From a virus: a DNA stretch of 64,000 nucleotides. The stretch lies in IMG/VR virus record IMGVR_UViG_3300045988_184160, positions 107,260-171,259 of that record; one strand, given 5' to 3'. Shown here in pieces: positions 10,526 through 20,053 of the stretch (position 1 is the stretch's first letter; each line of letters starts with the position of its first letter). A model generated the notes under the pieces. That model was not told the DNA's origin. It made no database searches and saw nothing but the letters and a program-made list of their open reading frames with translations. A program made the translations under genes and the position numbers.

Positions 10526-10675
10526 ATGTTGTGGGTTTTCGTGCCGCCTATCCTGATTATCCTGTGCGCCTACATTGGTTCTCATAGGGATATGCCTACG
10601 CAAGCTAATGTTTTGGCGCATGTGTTCGGTATTGCTGTTCTCATGTTTCTGCTTGTTAACCGGATGTATAGTTAG
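10526..10675 (+). CDS. possible 49-aa two-TM micro-protein (not in ORF track)
   Basis: Hand translation gives MLWVFVPPILIILCAYIGSHRDMPTQANVLAHVFGIAVLMFLLVNRMYS. It fills the gap between two T4SS genes. Confidence 0.35.
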   Translation: MLWVFVPPILIILCAYIGSHRDMPTQANVLAHVFGIAVLMFLLVNRMYS

Positions 10676-10693
10676 AGGTAGGTTTTATCTTAC

Positions 10694-13297
10694 ATGAATT
10701 TCGATCCTAGAGACTCGTACCCGTCAGGTTCACCGCACGCCCGCAGGTCTTTTGACGGACCCCCTAGTAATGATTTCAGAAGAGGCGGTAACCCCCGTTT
10801 CGACAGGGGTGGTGACCCGAGGGCTGGGCGCGGCGGAATGTTCGACAGCATCCAGCCAGCCCAAGGTGAGCCTGAGCAGCAAAAGAAAAAAGATGGTTTT
10901 GACACCGGTTTAGAATATGCTGGTAAAGCAGCTAAACACACCGGTAAAGGCATCGTAACATTCGTGAGCTCACTCAAAGACGTGAACCGTGTAACCTCAA
11001 TGGACACAGGGCGCGCAGGCATAGCCTTGTCAGGCGGGTACATCCTAGCAGGCATGCTCCTATGGGTTGTCGCCTACTTCGCGCACCTCAACACCATCGG
11101 TTTAGCGGTGCAGATCGCAGGCGGGCTCATTGCTTTAAGCGTTTCCGTGCTCCTACGTTTCGGTCCCGTGGAGAAAGCTATCAAGAACGGGGAGCTTGAA
11201 GAACTACTCGGGGACGCCACCGAAGAGGAAGACGAAACCAGTGAGGATGGTGACGAAGTATGGGAAAGCGGGGGTGAACCATCCAACCCCACCATTGCGC
11301 CCACGTTCCCAGTAGTCATAGAAGAAGACGCGCCCGTAACACCAATCGAGGATGTGGAGGATACCGCCCCGACACTACCCCTAACGGACGTGAACCTACC
11401 CGCGTTACAGGAAGAAACCCCTACGCCACCAAAACTACCAGACCCCACACCAGCCATTGAACTGCCCACCCTGAAACCAGTGGAAACCGAGGTGGTATCA
11501 AACGGACCAGTAGCCCCACAACCCGCTGGCGGCGAGTTCAACCGTTACCGCACCCCATCGAGGGAATGGTTGTGGGAGCAGGTTGTGAGGAACCTGCCGC
11601 ATGCTAATCGAAACTATACGAAGTGGCGTAAACTACCAGAGTCTAATAGGCTGGTATCTGAAATCAGTGAGTTGCTTGTAAAGTGTGCGGTTTTCACTCT
11701 TAATATCCAGGATGATGACTATGACAGTAAGCCTGTTCTGGTAACTGATTCTGTTGAGCAGAACTCTTATGTAACAAGGTTTACATATAAAGTGAAGCCC
11801 AACACCCCACTTAGCGGCAACTCTGCTAAAGAGAAATTACTGCAGAGCCTATGCCTACAGTGGGCTAACAAAATTCAGGAAGAAAAAGGATTAAAGAGTA
11901 CTCCGAATTACATATCCGGTCGTCAGATAGACCGTTTAGGCGAAGTTACGGTTGAAATAATTGATCGTAGTAACTCTAAGCCAATCACCATTGCGGATGC
12001 GTGGGAAGCTAATAAAGATATGCTGCTTTCCAGTGAACTTGCGATGCCTATTGTGCTAGGTATCACAGATGAAGGGGATGCTAATTTCCTGGATCTCCAT
12101 AAGATCACCTCTATAATCGTCAGTGGTAAAAGTGGTACAGGTAAGACCACAACGATGATCTCTCTGTTGATGCAAATAGCAGCGTTAAACTCGCCCCGAG
12201 AAGTGAAAATTGATGTTTGTGACCCGAAAGACAAAGCATCTGATTTCGCTCATTTCGGAGTCCCCCACCTCAATAAGTTTGTGTCTGGCATCGATGACAC
12301 TATCGACTACCTAAACGGACTTGAAAAAGAGAGGGTTGAGCGAGGCGATTTCTTAGGAAGCGTTGCCGAAGATAAAGACAATCCTCCAAGCTGGGCTAAC
12401 TACTACACAGATAACCCTACAGCACGTGACAAGCTTCCCCTGAAAATTGTGATTATTGATGAATACAATAATTTCAAAAAGACATCACGTGGCAAAGAAT
12501 TTGACCAGCTTGTGAGTTCCTTGGTTACAACTCTTCGTGTGTACGGTATTTTCTTGTGGCTGATACCGCACCGTATTGTTCAGGATAATATCAGTACGAA
12601 TATATCTAAGAACATTGCGGTTCGAGGTATTATTAACCCAACCCCAGAAGATCAGAAGATATTAGCTGCGAGTACCACGGTCAAGCCGATTGATACTTAC
12701 AACCAAGGCGATTGTGTGTTCTACTCTGATATCGGTCCTGTGCGTGATGGGCAGGGGGAAAAGAAAACTGGGTTGTTTTTCAACAAAAGCATTGTTCCAG
12801 CAGGAGATTTCAAGGCTAAACCGGTGTCAGATTTCATATCGGCATTGTGGCATGGTATTGACCCTGAGGGTTTCCACTCAGGCGATTATATTGATAGCCG
12901 TCTTTCGTCTTGGAAATGTGATTGTGAGTTCAGGAAGCATACGGGGCAGAAGGAAAAGGGGGAGCCTGTAGAGGCTTCTTCACAGGGTAAAGTTTCGCTT
13001 GCGAAGCAGGAGCCGTCGAAGCCACCAGCAGATAAGCCTTCGTCTGGTTCTTCTGGGGACATAGACGACGTGTTTGCCCTAATGGAAAGTCTTGCATTGG
13101 GTTCACAAGAGATTAGTGCTGATCCGAAAAAAGAAGAGGCTACTCATGAGAGCGCGCCGCCTAGTGTTGAACAGCCACCAGTCGAACCAGCTACTACACC
13201 AGTGCCAGAGGAGGAAGAGGGTCCTCAGCAAGCCCCACCCAAGTCTGAGGCACCCACTGCTAGGGATAGGTTGAGGATGCTGGAAGAAGGTTTCTAA
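10694..13297 (+). CDS. FtsK/SpoIIIE-family coupling ATPase (TcpA-like T4CP)
   Basis: TM helices, a P/E-rich linker, Walker A IVSGKSGTGKTTT and Walker B KIVIIDEYNNF. Confidence 0.8.
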   Translation: MNFDPRDSYPSGSPHARRSFDGPPSNDFRRGGNPRFDRGGDPRAGRGGMFDSIQPAQGEPEQQKKKDGFDTGLEYAGKAAKHTGKGIVTFVSSLKDVNRVTSMDTGRAGIALSGGYILAGMLLWVVAYFAHLNTIGLAVQIAGGLIALSVSVLLRFGPVEKAIKNGELEELLGDATEEEDETSEDGDEVWESGGEPSNPTIAPTFPVVIEEDAPVTPIEDVEDTAPTLPLTDVNLPALQEETPTPPKLPDPTPAIELPTLKPVETEVVSNGPVAPQPAGGEFNRYRTPSREWLWEQVVRNLPHANRNYTKWRKLPESNRLVSEISELLVKCAVFTLNIQDDDYDSKPVLVTDSVEQNSYVTRFTYKVKPNTPLSGNSAKEKLLQSLCLQWANKIQEEKGLKSTPNYISGRQIDRLGEVTVEIIDRSNSKPITIADAWEANKDMLLSSELAMPIVLGITDEGDANFLDLHKITSIIVSGKSGTGKTTTMISLLMQIAALNSPREVKIDVCDPKDKASDFAHFGVPHLNKFVSGIDDTIDYLNGLEKERVERGDFLGSVAEDKDNPPSWANYYTDNPTARDKLPLKIVIIDEYNNFKKTSRGKEFDQLVSSLVTTLRVYGIFLWLIPHRIVQDNISTNISKNIAVRGIINPTPEDQKILAASTTVKPIDTYNQGDCVFYSDIGPVRDGQGEKKTGLFFNKSIVPAGDFKAKPVSDFISALWHGIDPEGFHSGDYIDSRLSSWKCDCEFRKHTGQKEKGEPVEASSQGKVSLAKQEPSKPPADKPSSGSSGDIDDVFALMESLALGSQEISADPKKEEATHESAPPSVEQPPVEPATTPVPEEEEGPQQAPPKSEAPTARDRLRMLEEGF

Positions 13298-13322
13298 AAA
13301 CAATAAATAACACCCTCTAAAT

Positions 13323-13362
13323 GCGGGGCGGGGTACCTAATAAAAATGGTGTCCCGTCCCGC
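13323..13362 (+). terminator. stem-loop after the T4CP gene
   Basis: GCGGGGCGGGGTACC / GGTGTCCCGTCCCGC; 15-bp stem with wobbles and a 10-nt loop. Confidence 0.5.
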
Positions 13363-13423
13363 GTTAGTTATATATACTTATAAACAACTAGACCACTAGT
13401 TCTGAGCGTGAAAGAAGCAAAAA

Positions 13424-13717
13424 ATGCACGACATATATAATGAAGGAAAAACAGAGTTTGTGGGACTCATCCCAGGGGCACCTGAGGCTGTCACCAACAT
13501 CCTCTACCTAGTATTAGTCCTATGTGCTGGGTATGTGCTCCTGAAACACGGTTTACCAATAATTAAATCCGTTACGGGGACAATAATCTCAGCAGTTTCA
13601 ATCGCTGTTACGCTATTATTCCTCCTATTGTTTGCGCATAATCTGGGGCTTGTTAATGCCACCCCAGTTTTTGATTGGTTGGGCACGGTATTCCCAATCA
13701 TCGCAAGAAAACAATAG
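13424..13717 (+). CDS. small membrane protein
   Basis: 97 aa with two or three hydrophobic helices. First gene of the NfeD-flotillin unit. Confidence 0.5.
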   Translation: MHDIYNEGKTEFVGLIPGAPEAVTNILYLVLVLCAGYVLLKHGLPIIKSVTGTIISAVSIAVTLLFLLLFAHNLGLVNATPVFDWLGTVFPIIARKQ

Positions 13718-13735
13718 CAGAGGGGTGACGCGCGT

Positions 13736-14251
13736 ATGATGAGTGAAATGTACGGCATGTTCGCTGGTGTGCCCGACTATTTGTGGTGGTGCTTTGCAGC
13801 TTTCCTAGTCTGGTTTCTTCTGGTGTTCACGGGGCTGGATGACCTGATACCCGATATCCCGTTCGTACCATTGAGAGGGATGCTTCTCGCAGCAGGTATT
13901 TTCGGTGGTGTTGGCATACTCCTGTACTCGCGTATAGGCGTAACAGCACTGTATGTTGCCGCCGCTATCGGACTCGTCATTTCGGTTCCCATTACCCTGA
14001 TGTTTACCAAAGTGAAAGCTGACTCGAAAGACATAAAACCCAATAGTATATCTGGGCAGAAAGGTGTCATCACCTCAATCACCAGCAAAGGTGAATATCT
14101 AATCCAGCTGGAATCCGAGTCCACAGGAAGAGTATGCGAACCAGCGTCAAAAAACCGTAACGAAATTTTTGAGATTGGTGAAGAAATAATCATCACAGGT
14201 TACTCAAAACATAACCATATGCTACAGTTCGTTTCTGTGGCAGAAATATAG
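13736..14251 (+). CDS. NfeD-like membrane protein
   Basis: Polytopic N-terminus plus a small soluble C-terminal domain. Lies immediately upstream of an SPFH gene, the classic NfeD-flotillin pairing. Confidence 0.6.
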   Translation: MMSEMYGMFAGVPDYLWWCFAAFLVWFLLVFTGLDDLIPDIPFVPLRGMLLAAGIFGGVGILLYSRIGVTALYVAAAIGLVISVPITLMFTKVKADSKDIKPNSISGQKGVITSITSKGEYLIQLESESTGRVCEPASKNRNEIFEIGEEIIITGYSKHNHMLQFVSVAEI

Positions 14252-14265
14252 AAGGAAAAATAAAT

Positions 14266-15615
14266 ATGCAACCTCTATTTCTCCTAGGCGGAGCATTCGT
14301 TCTGCTTGTCATTATTGTTACAGTTCTTGTTGCGACAATCAAAAAGTTCCTTATCACACCTGAGACATACAACGCTTATCTCCGGTCTTCTGGTAAGAAA
14401 CTGACTGTTATCAGGAACACGCCATTCATTTTCATTCCGCTTTTCCAGCGGATCACTAAAGTGCCAACAATTAACCAGACCATTGATGAGCTTATTGTTA
14501 TCTCCCCAGATAACAATAAAATCCAAACCAAAATCACATTCGATTCAGTGATCGCTGTTGGGGAAACAGATGAAGATATTAGGCGCGCGGCCACACGGTT
14601 CCCGTTCGAGAACGGTGACGCTGAAACTGAAATGGAGAAACCTGTCGATATTGTGGCAGAAACGATCCAGAATACTTTGCGCGGGCTGGTTGCTCGTCAA
14701 ACCGTCGAAGAGCTTATTGAGAATAAGGATAAGTTCGCAGAGGAAGTGTCAGCGGATGTTAGCCCCATCCTAAACAAGATGGGACTTGTCCTAGTCACCT
14801 TAACCATTAGGGAAGTTACCACCCCACCTGAGCTAAATGACGGGCGCGATTACATTAGTGACCTTGGTGAGATTAAACGCCAAGAGCGTCGTCTTGCTTC
14901 TGAGACCGCTAAAGCTGAGACCGATTACGCGGTGAAACGGGCGCATGAAGAGTCAGAGCGTAAGAAGTCTGAGGAAGCAACTAGGACAGCTGAAACTATC
15001 GCCGCGAATGAGGCTAAAAAAGCTGTCGCACTCCAAAAAACTGAAACCGTTCGTGCTGAGGCACAGAAAGCAACCTACCGTGCTGACGAACTAGCTAAGC
15101 AGGAGATGCTTGCCGAGTCGGATCGTATCAAGGCTGAAGGTCGCCGGCGTGCCGAGCAGGAGAAAGCTGACGAGGAAGCATACAAGAGCATCCGTGCCGC
15201 CCAAGCCGAGAAAGAGCGGGCAGAGTACCGTCTGCAAGCTGAGCAGCTTGAAGCTGAGCGTGTCAAGGTTGCTGCTGAGGCGGAAGCGGACGCGGCACGT
15301 AGTAAAGCCAAAGCGGAAGCAGAAGCTATCGCGCTCCGTGGTGAAGCTGAGGCGGAAGCCATTCAGAAGCGCGCTGACGCCGAGAAGTCGCTCAGTGACG
15401 CATCGCTGCAGGTTCAGGCGCTACAGATGTACCCTGAGGTTGTTAAGAGCGCTGCTGCAGCCCTTGGTAACACGAACATGACTGTTGTGTCCTCTGACGG
15501 GCAGTCGGGTGTCGCGGGCATGCTCGCTGAGCTTATTGGTGTCGCTAAGAACATGGATCTCGGGAAATTCACTGAGGACGCTAAGGCAGTTGTGACCTCA
15601 AACAATAAAGAATAA
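14266..15615 (+). CDS. flotillin-like SPFH/band-7 protein
   Basis: N-terminal TM helix, an SPFH-like region, then a long E/A/K/R-rich coiled coil (AEAEAEAIALRGEAEAEAIQKRA). Confidence 0.8.
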   Translation: MQPLFLLGGAFVLLVIIVTVLVATIKKFLITPETYNAYLRSSGKKLTVIRNTPFIFIPLFQRITKVPTINQTIDELIVISPDNNKIQTKITFDSVIAVGETDEDIRRAATRFPFENGDAETEMEKPVDIVAETIQNTLRGLVARQTVEELIENKDKFAEEVSADVSPILNKMGLVLVTLTIREVTTPPELNDGRDYISDLGEIKRQERRLASETAKAETDYAVKRAHEESERKKSEEATRTAETIAANEAKKAVALQKTETVRAEAQKATYRADELAKQEMLAESDRIKAEGRRRAEQEKADEEAYKSIRAAQAEKERAEYRLQAEQLEAERVKVAAEAEADAARSKAKAEAEAIALRGEAEAEAIQKRADAEKSLSDASLQVQALQMYPEVVKSAAAALGNTNMTVVSSDGQSGVAGMLAELIGVAKNMDLGKFTEDAKAVVTSNNKE

Positions 15616-15637
15616 CCTAGTCGCCACATAAACATGT

Positions 15638-15685
15638 GGGGCAGGTGCTAACACGGAGCAATCATGTTCCGGTAGCACCTGCCCC
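15638..15685 (+). terminator. stem-loop after the flotillin gene
   Basis: GGGGCAGGTGCTA / TAGCACCTGCCCC; 13-bp perfect stem followed by TTT. Confidence 0.6.
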
Positions 15686-15697
15686 TTTCCACATATA

Positions 15698-16543
15698 ATG
15701 GGTGACATGACAAGAATCAGACGCAACATATCGCCACTCCGCTACCCTGGGGGTAAAGCGAAACTAGCGCCGCTGGTTAGCGGGCTCGTGGAACGCAACT
15801 GGGGCACCCCACCGGTTTTGGTTGAGCCGTTCGCTGGTGGCGCTGGGCTGGGGCTGTCGCTCCTTGACGCTGGGATTATTGGCGGGTTGCATCTTAATGA
15901 CCTGGATTACGGTGTTTATGCTTTCTGGTGCTCCGCATTATGGGAAACAGAGGATTTCTGTGACATGGTGACAAATACGCCTGTGACTGTGGAAGAATGG
16001 CACCTGCAGCAGGAGAAATACCTCAACCCCAAGCAAGCCACCCTATTGGAGGCGGGGTATGCGACGTTCTTCATGAACCGAACTAACCACTCTGGGGTGC
16101 TCACAGGCAGGCCCATAGGTGGGCTGAAACAAGATGGGAAATACGGTATAGGGTGCCGCTACAACGCCCCTAAACTTGTGGAAAGAATCAAACATGTTGC
16201 GGGTATGCGTGACCTCATCGAGGTCACCAACCAGGACGCCACAGAGGTTATCGCCGAGCACAATCATGCTAGTGACACGCTACTGTTCGTTGATCCCCCA
16301 TACGTGGTACAGGGCAACAGCCTCTATAAGCAGACACCGTTCGGTGAAGAGCAGCACGCGCGGCTTGCTGATCAGCTTCACCAGACCACCACGCCTTGGA
16401 TATTGACCTACGACAACCATCCTCTCATCACTGAAACGCTATATGGGCAGCAGACGCAGAAAGATACGGTTCTCAGGTACAGTTTGAATAGCAGAAAACG
16501 GGAAACAGAGAAAATGATTCTTTCCCCAAACCTGAAACACTAG
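15698..16543 (+). CDS. Dam-like (D12 class) N6-adenine DNA methyltransferase, orphan
   Basis: PLRYPGGKAKL, VEPFAGGAG and the catalytic FVDPPY motif. TATAAT at 15694-15699 suggests a leaderless start at ATG 15707. Confidence 0.85.
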   Translation: MGDMTRIRRNISPLRYPGGKAKLAPLVSGLVERNWGTPPVLVEPFAGGAGLGLSLLDAGIIGGLHLNDLDYGVYAFWCSALWETEDFCDMVTNTPVTVEEWHLQQEKYLNPKQATLLEAGYATFFMNRTNHSGVLTGRPIGGLKQDGKYGIGCRYNAPKLVERIKHVAGMRDLIEVTNQDATEVIAEHNHASDTLLFVDPPYVVQGNSLYKQTPFGEEQHARLADQLHQTTTPWILTYDNHPLITETLYGQQTQKDTVLRYSLNSRKRETEKMILSPNLKH

Positions 16544-16574
16544 ACTTACCGATCAACAGGAAAGGAAGAACAAC

Positions 16575-17420
16575 ATGGGCAGCATCAAACAAGCCAACGA
16601 ATACAAGGCTGGGGACATTATCTTCTACAAGCACAATCCCACCTCCGACTACGCGCCCTGCCTCGTGATCGAGCCGCCCGAAGAACGGGAACAGAAAACA
16701 GGGCGGAAGGAAATGCTGATCCACGGCATCATCCCCGAATACTATGAGGTGAAACACGGGAACAGTACCCGCCTGTACGTGTCCTATGATGCGGAAGACC
16801 ACGCGATGAAAACACCTTTAGCGCATATCGCGGTAGCGCAGCATGTGCAGGACGAATGCTACCGCCCGCGGGATGAGCGGGCAGTGTTTTTCGACCCCGA
16901 CGAATACTATGTGGTACCCACCGACAGCTGGCTTATCGGTGTGTCAGGTGACGGATGGTCTGCTGGTGATAAAGAAACCGTTATTTTGAGTGATATTGAC
17001 GAGACACTACCCAGCACCATTGCTGTAGTGTCTTCCCTCCCAGAAACCATCAAAAACGCTGGGGTGCGGGTCACCAAGAAACGCAACAATACTGGGACGA
17101 AACATTTCATGCGAACAATCCAGGGGATGCAGGAACGGAAATTCTTTCCGCTGCTGCTCCCTAACCTGCTGGACGGGTTCAACCCTGGGGCGGAGGATGA
17201 TAGGCACGGCACGGTTTTTGAGCATAATATCCTCGGAGTTTTCCCTAACCTCGGGTGGGTGATCACGAACGACGGTGAGGAAGCTAAACTAGTAATGCGC
17301 TGGGACGGTGAGAACGCTACCGATATTGCTGTGAAGGCGCATAAGGATTTCAAGAAGAACACCCTAGCGGCGTCGATTAGTAAAACCGATGGTTCCGCTA
17401 CCGTAACCATCAAATTCTAA
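16575..17420 (+). CDS. hypothetical protein
   Basis: 281-aa ORF with SD AGGAAAGGAAG upstream. No recognisable motif. Confidence 0.6.
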   Translation: MGSIKQANEYKAGDIIFYKHNPTSDYAPCLVIEPPEEREQKTGRKEMLIHGIIPEYYEVKHGNSTRLYVSYDAEDHAMKTPLAHIAVAQHVQDECYRPRDERAVFFDPDEYYVVPTDSWLIGVSGDGWSAGDKETVILSDIDETLPSTIAVVSSLPETIKNAGVRVTKKRNNTGTKHFMRTIQGMQERKFFPLLLPNLLDGFNPGAEDDRHGTVFEHNILGVFPNLGWVITNDGEEAKLVMRWDGENATDIAVKAHKDFKKNTLAASISKTDGSATVTIKF

Positions 17421-17451
17421 AGAACAAGCCACGAAAAAGGGAGAAAACCTA

Positions 17452-17856
17452 ATGGCCGTATACATCTGCGAAGCAGACTACCCACACAGCAGCTTCGACC
17501 TAGAACTCACAGAACATAGGGACGGCACCTACGATGCGGCATTGGGCATCATCCAGTACGACGAAAACGGTAAAGCGATCATGACTGGGGTAATCACCGA
17601 TAAAAACATCACCGAAGAATCTTGCCTACCCAAGGGTGAAATGTCAGCAATACACAAGGGAATACGGGAACTAGGCAGAAATAATACGAAGAACATTATC
17701 CTCAGCTTCCTCGAAGACGGTGGGGCAACACAAATCCGTGAAGAATACAATACAATGCGCAGGAAGTCGAAATCTTGGGAAGATACACGGAAATTCCACG
17801 TATGGGCGAACGGACTCATGCACCATATCCTTTTCGGTGATGTACACAGTAGGTAA
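17452..17856 (+). CDS. hypothetical protein, paralog of 30161..30550
   Basis: SD GGGAGAAAA. Shares LTEHRDGTYDAALGIIQY / VTKHKNGTLTASLQLVIY and FLEDGG / WLEDGG with 30161..30550. Confidence 0.6.
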   Translation: MAVYICEADYPHSSFDLELTEHRDGTYDAALGIIQYDENGKAIMTGVITDKNITEESCLPKGEMSAIHKGIRELGRNNTKNIILSFLEDGGATQIREEYNTMRRKSKSWEDTRKFHVWANGLMHHILFGDVHSR

Positions 17857-17904
17857 TACTGATTCACAGTAGATATTCCCCGTATCAATAATAGAATAAA
17901 CAAT

Positions 17905-17941
17905 GAAGCTTGAGTATGTTAGTAATATGCACTCAAGCTTC
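17905..17941 (+). terminator. intrinsic terminator
   Basis: GAAGCTTGAGT / ACTCAAGCTTC stem followed by a CTCTTTTCT tract. Confidence 0.6.
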
Positions 17942-18034
17942 CTCTTTTCTCCGACACCACAAAAACAAGACCCAATAAACCAGTAGGCAGGATATAATTC
18001 CTACAGGATTAACTCACCGAGTAAAGAAAGAACC

Positions 18035-19945
18035 GTGGATACTATGGCGCAGGAACACTCCACCCCACAGAAAATTGAGTGGGCAGAATCAGCTAACCTC
18101 ACCGATATTCTAGAGAAGCAACGTAAAGAACACCCTAACAGAGTGTTGTATCGCCTCAAAAGAGACACAGAGTGGGAGCCCCTAACAGCAGAGCAGTTCC
18201 ATGAGCAAGTCACCCAACTAGCTAAAGGTTTGATTGCTTGGGGTGTGGAACCTGGGGACCGTATCGGCATCATGAGCCGCACCCGGTTCGAGTGGTCTCT
18301 CATTGATTTCGCTATCTGGTATGCGGGCGGCGTGTCTGTGCCGATCTATGAGACTTCCTCCGCGCATCAGGTGCACCATATAGTCACAGATTCAGGTTTA
18401 CGTGCGGTGTTCGTTGAGACCGAGAAACTGGCGGTTCTCGTGGGTGAAGCGACCAGCAGTGTTGGGGGTAAACTCACCACCTGGGTTATCGAGAATGATG
18501 CTATTGACACCCTCAACACGCTCGGGGAGCCTGTAGACGACGGGGCGTTAGAGAACGCACGCACCTCACGAGATAGCTGCAACCTAGCGACTATCGTGTA
18601 CACCTCAGGGACCACAGGCGAACCAAAAGGATGCATGCTCACCCACGGCAATTTCCTGAACCTCAGCAGTAACGCGAAACTCGCTATGAGTGAGATCGCC
18701 AACCCCAGCAACTCCACTATCCTGTTCCTACCCTTAGCCCATGTCCTAGCCCGCACAGTGCAGATCCTCGCCCTCGACTCAGGTATGGCAGTGGGGCACG
18801 CACCCGACATTAAGAACCTCACCACTGACCTGCAGGAGTTCAAACCAACCATGCTGCTCGTTGTGCCCAGAGTGCTTGAGAAAGTGTTTGAGGGTGCAGC
18901 ACTGAAAGCCAGTAAAGGCGGGCGTAGGAACGAAAACATTTTCAACAAGGCAGTAAAAGCAGCCCAGAGCTGGTCCGAACGGAAAATACGTGGACGCATC
19001 ACATGGGGACCTTACCTGCAGCATAAGCTCTATGACCTGCTCGTGTACTCGAAGCTGCGGTGGGCGCTCGGTGGTAACCTAAAATACGCTGTCAGTGGTG
19101 GTGGTCCACTCAACCCTGACCTAGCGCATTTCTATCATGCTATTGGAGTGAAAGTCCTTGAAGGATACGGACTAACGGAAACCTCAGCACCCATAACTGT
19201 TGGGTTACCCGACAAGTTCAGTGTCGGTAACGTCGGTTACCTTCTACCTGGGGCCTCTGGAAGGATCGCGGCTGACGGGGAGCTGGAAGTTAAAGGCCCC
19301 GGTGTGTTCCCTGGGTACTACCAGCACCCGAACGACACGAAAGACGCTTTCACTAGTGACGGCTGGTTCAAAACCGGTGACCTTGCAGAGTTCACAGAAG
19401 ATGGTGCGTTACGGATTATTGGGCGGAAGAAAGAGATCATTGTGACCGCTGGCGGGAAGAACGTCATCCCAGCTAAAGCAGAGAACATGCTAAAGTCTTC
19501 TCCCGGTATTTCACAGGCTGTTCTTGTTGGGGACAATAAGCCGTTTGTGTCCGCACTAGTTACACTGGATCCTGATTCCCTACCCGACCAGTTGGAGCAT
19601 ATCGGGTTACCGAAGACTATGAGTCTGCAGGATGCTTCTGTGCACCCAAAGATCCGTGAGTACGTACAGAAAGCCGTAGATGAGGTGAACAGTTTCGTAT
19701 CTAAGGCAGAGTCGATTCGCGAGTTCCGTGTCCTTCCGACTGATTTCACGGAGAAAGCGGGGCATCTGACGCCTTCGATGAAGGTGAAGCGGGTGAAGGT
19801 TTTAGAGGATTTCTCGGCGTATATTGAGGATATTTACTCTCGTGGGCGTAAAACTTTGTCCGTGAAAACACATGATGCTAAAGCAGCTGTCGCCGACCGG
19901 TTGCATAGTGTCGCGGATAGTATTTCCCCAGTAAAGGATAAGTAG
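18035..19945 (+). CDS. fadD: long-chain fatty-acid--CoA ligase (FadD15-like AMP-forming synthetase)
   Basis: AMP-binding motifs IVYTSGTTGEPKG, YGLTETS and GWFKTGD. Start is GTG 18035 or ATG 18044. TATAAT at 17993-17998. Confidence 0.85.
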   Translation: MDTMAQEHSTPQKIEWAESANLTDILEKQRKEHPNRVLYRLKRDTEWEPLTAEQFHEQVTQLAKGLIAWGVEPGDRIGIMSRTRFEWSLIDFAIWYAGGVSVPIYETSSAHQVHHIVTDSGLRAVFVETEKLAVLVGEATSSVGGKLTTWVIENDAIDTLNTLGEPVDDGALENARTSRDSCNLATIVYTSGTTGEPKGCMLTHGNFLNLSSNAKLAMSEIANPSNSTILFLPLAHVLARTVQILALDSGMAVGHAPDIKNLTTDLQEFKPTMLLVVPRVLEKVFEGAALKASKGGRRNENIFNKAVKAAQSWSERKIRGRITWGPYLQHKLYDLLVYSKLRWALGGNLKYAVSGGGPLNPDLAHFYHAIGVKVLEGYGLTETSAPITVGLPDKFSVGNVGYLLPGASGRIAADGELEVKGPGVFPGYYQHPNDTKDAFTSDGWFKTGDLAEFTEDGALRIIGRKKEIIVTAGGKNVIPAKAENMLKSSPGISQAVLVGDNKPFVSALVTLDPDSLPDQLEHIGLPKTMSLQDASVHPKIREYVQKAVDEVNSFVSKAESIREFRVLPTDFTEKAGHLTPSMKVKRVKVLEDFSAYIEDIYSRGRKTLSVKTHDAKAAVADRLHSVADSISPVKDK

Positions 19946-20053
19946 GAAAACAGCTGAGGTGGTGCGCTTGTCGTGTCTTTGGGATGCGCGAGCGCACCCC
20001 TTTGCTTTATCCTTATACTGAAACAGTAAACAGAAGAAAGAAATGGAACTACC

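Noticed and set aside
14880-15400. Periodic GCTGAGGCGGAAGC-like repeats that could be mistaken for a repeat array; the same applies to the CCnGCn repeats at 34670-34790.
   Set aside because: They encode the EA-rich coiled coil of flotillin and the Pro-rich stalk of the adhesin. There is no repeat-spacer architecture, and no CRISPR array anywhere in the window.
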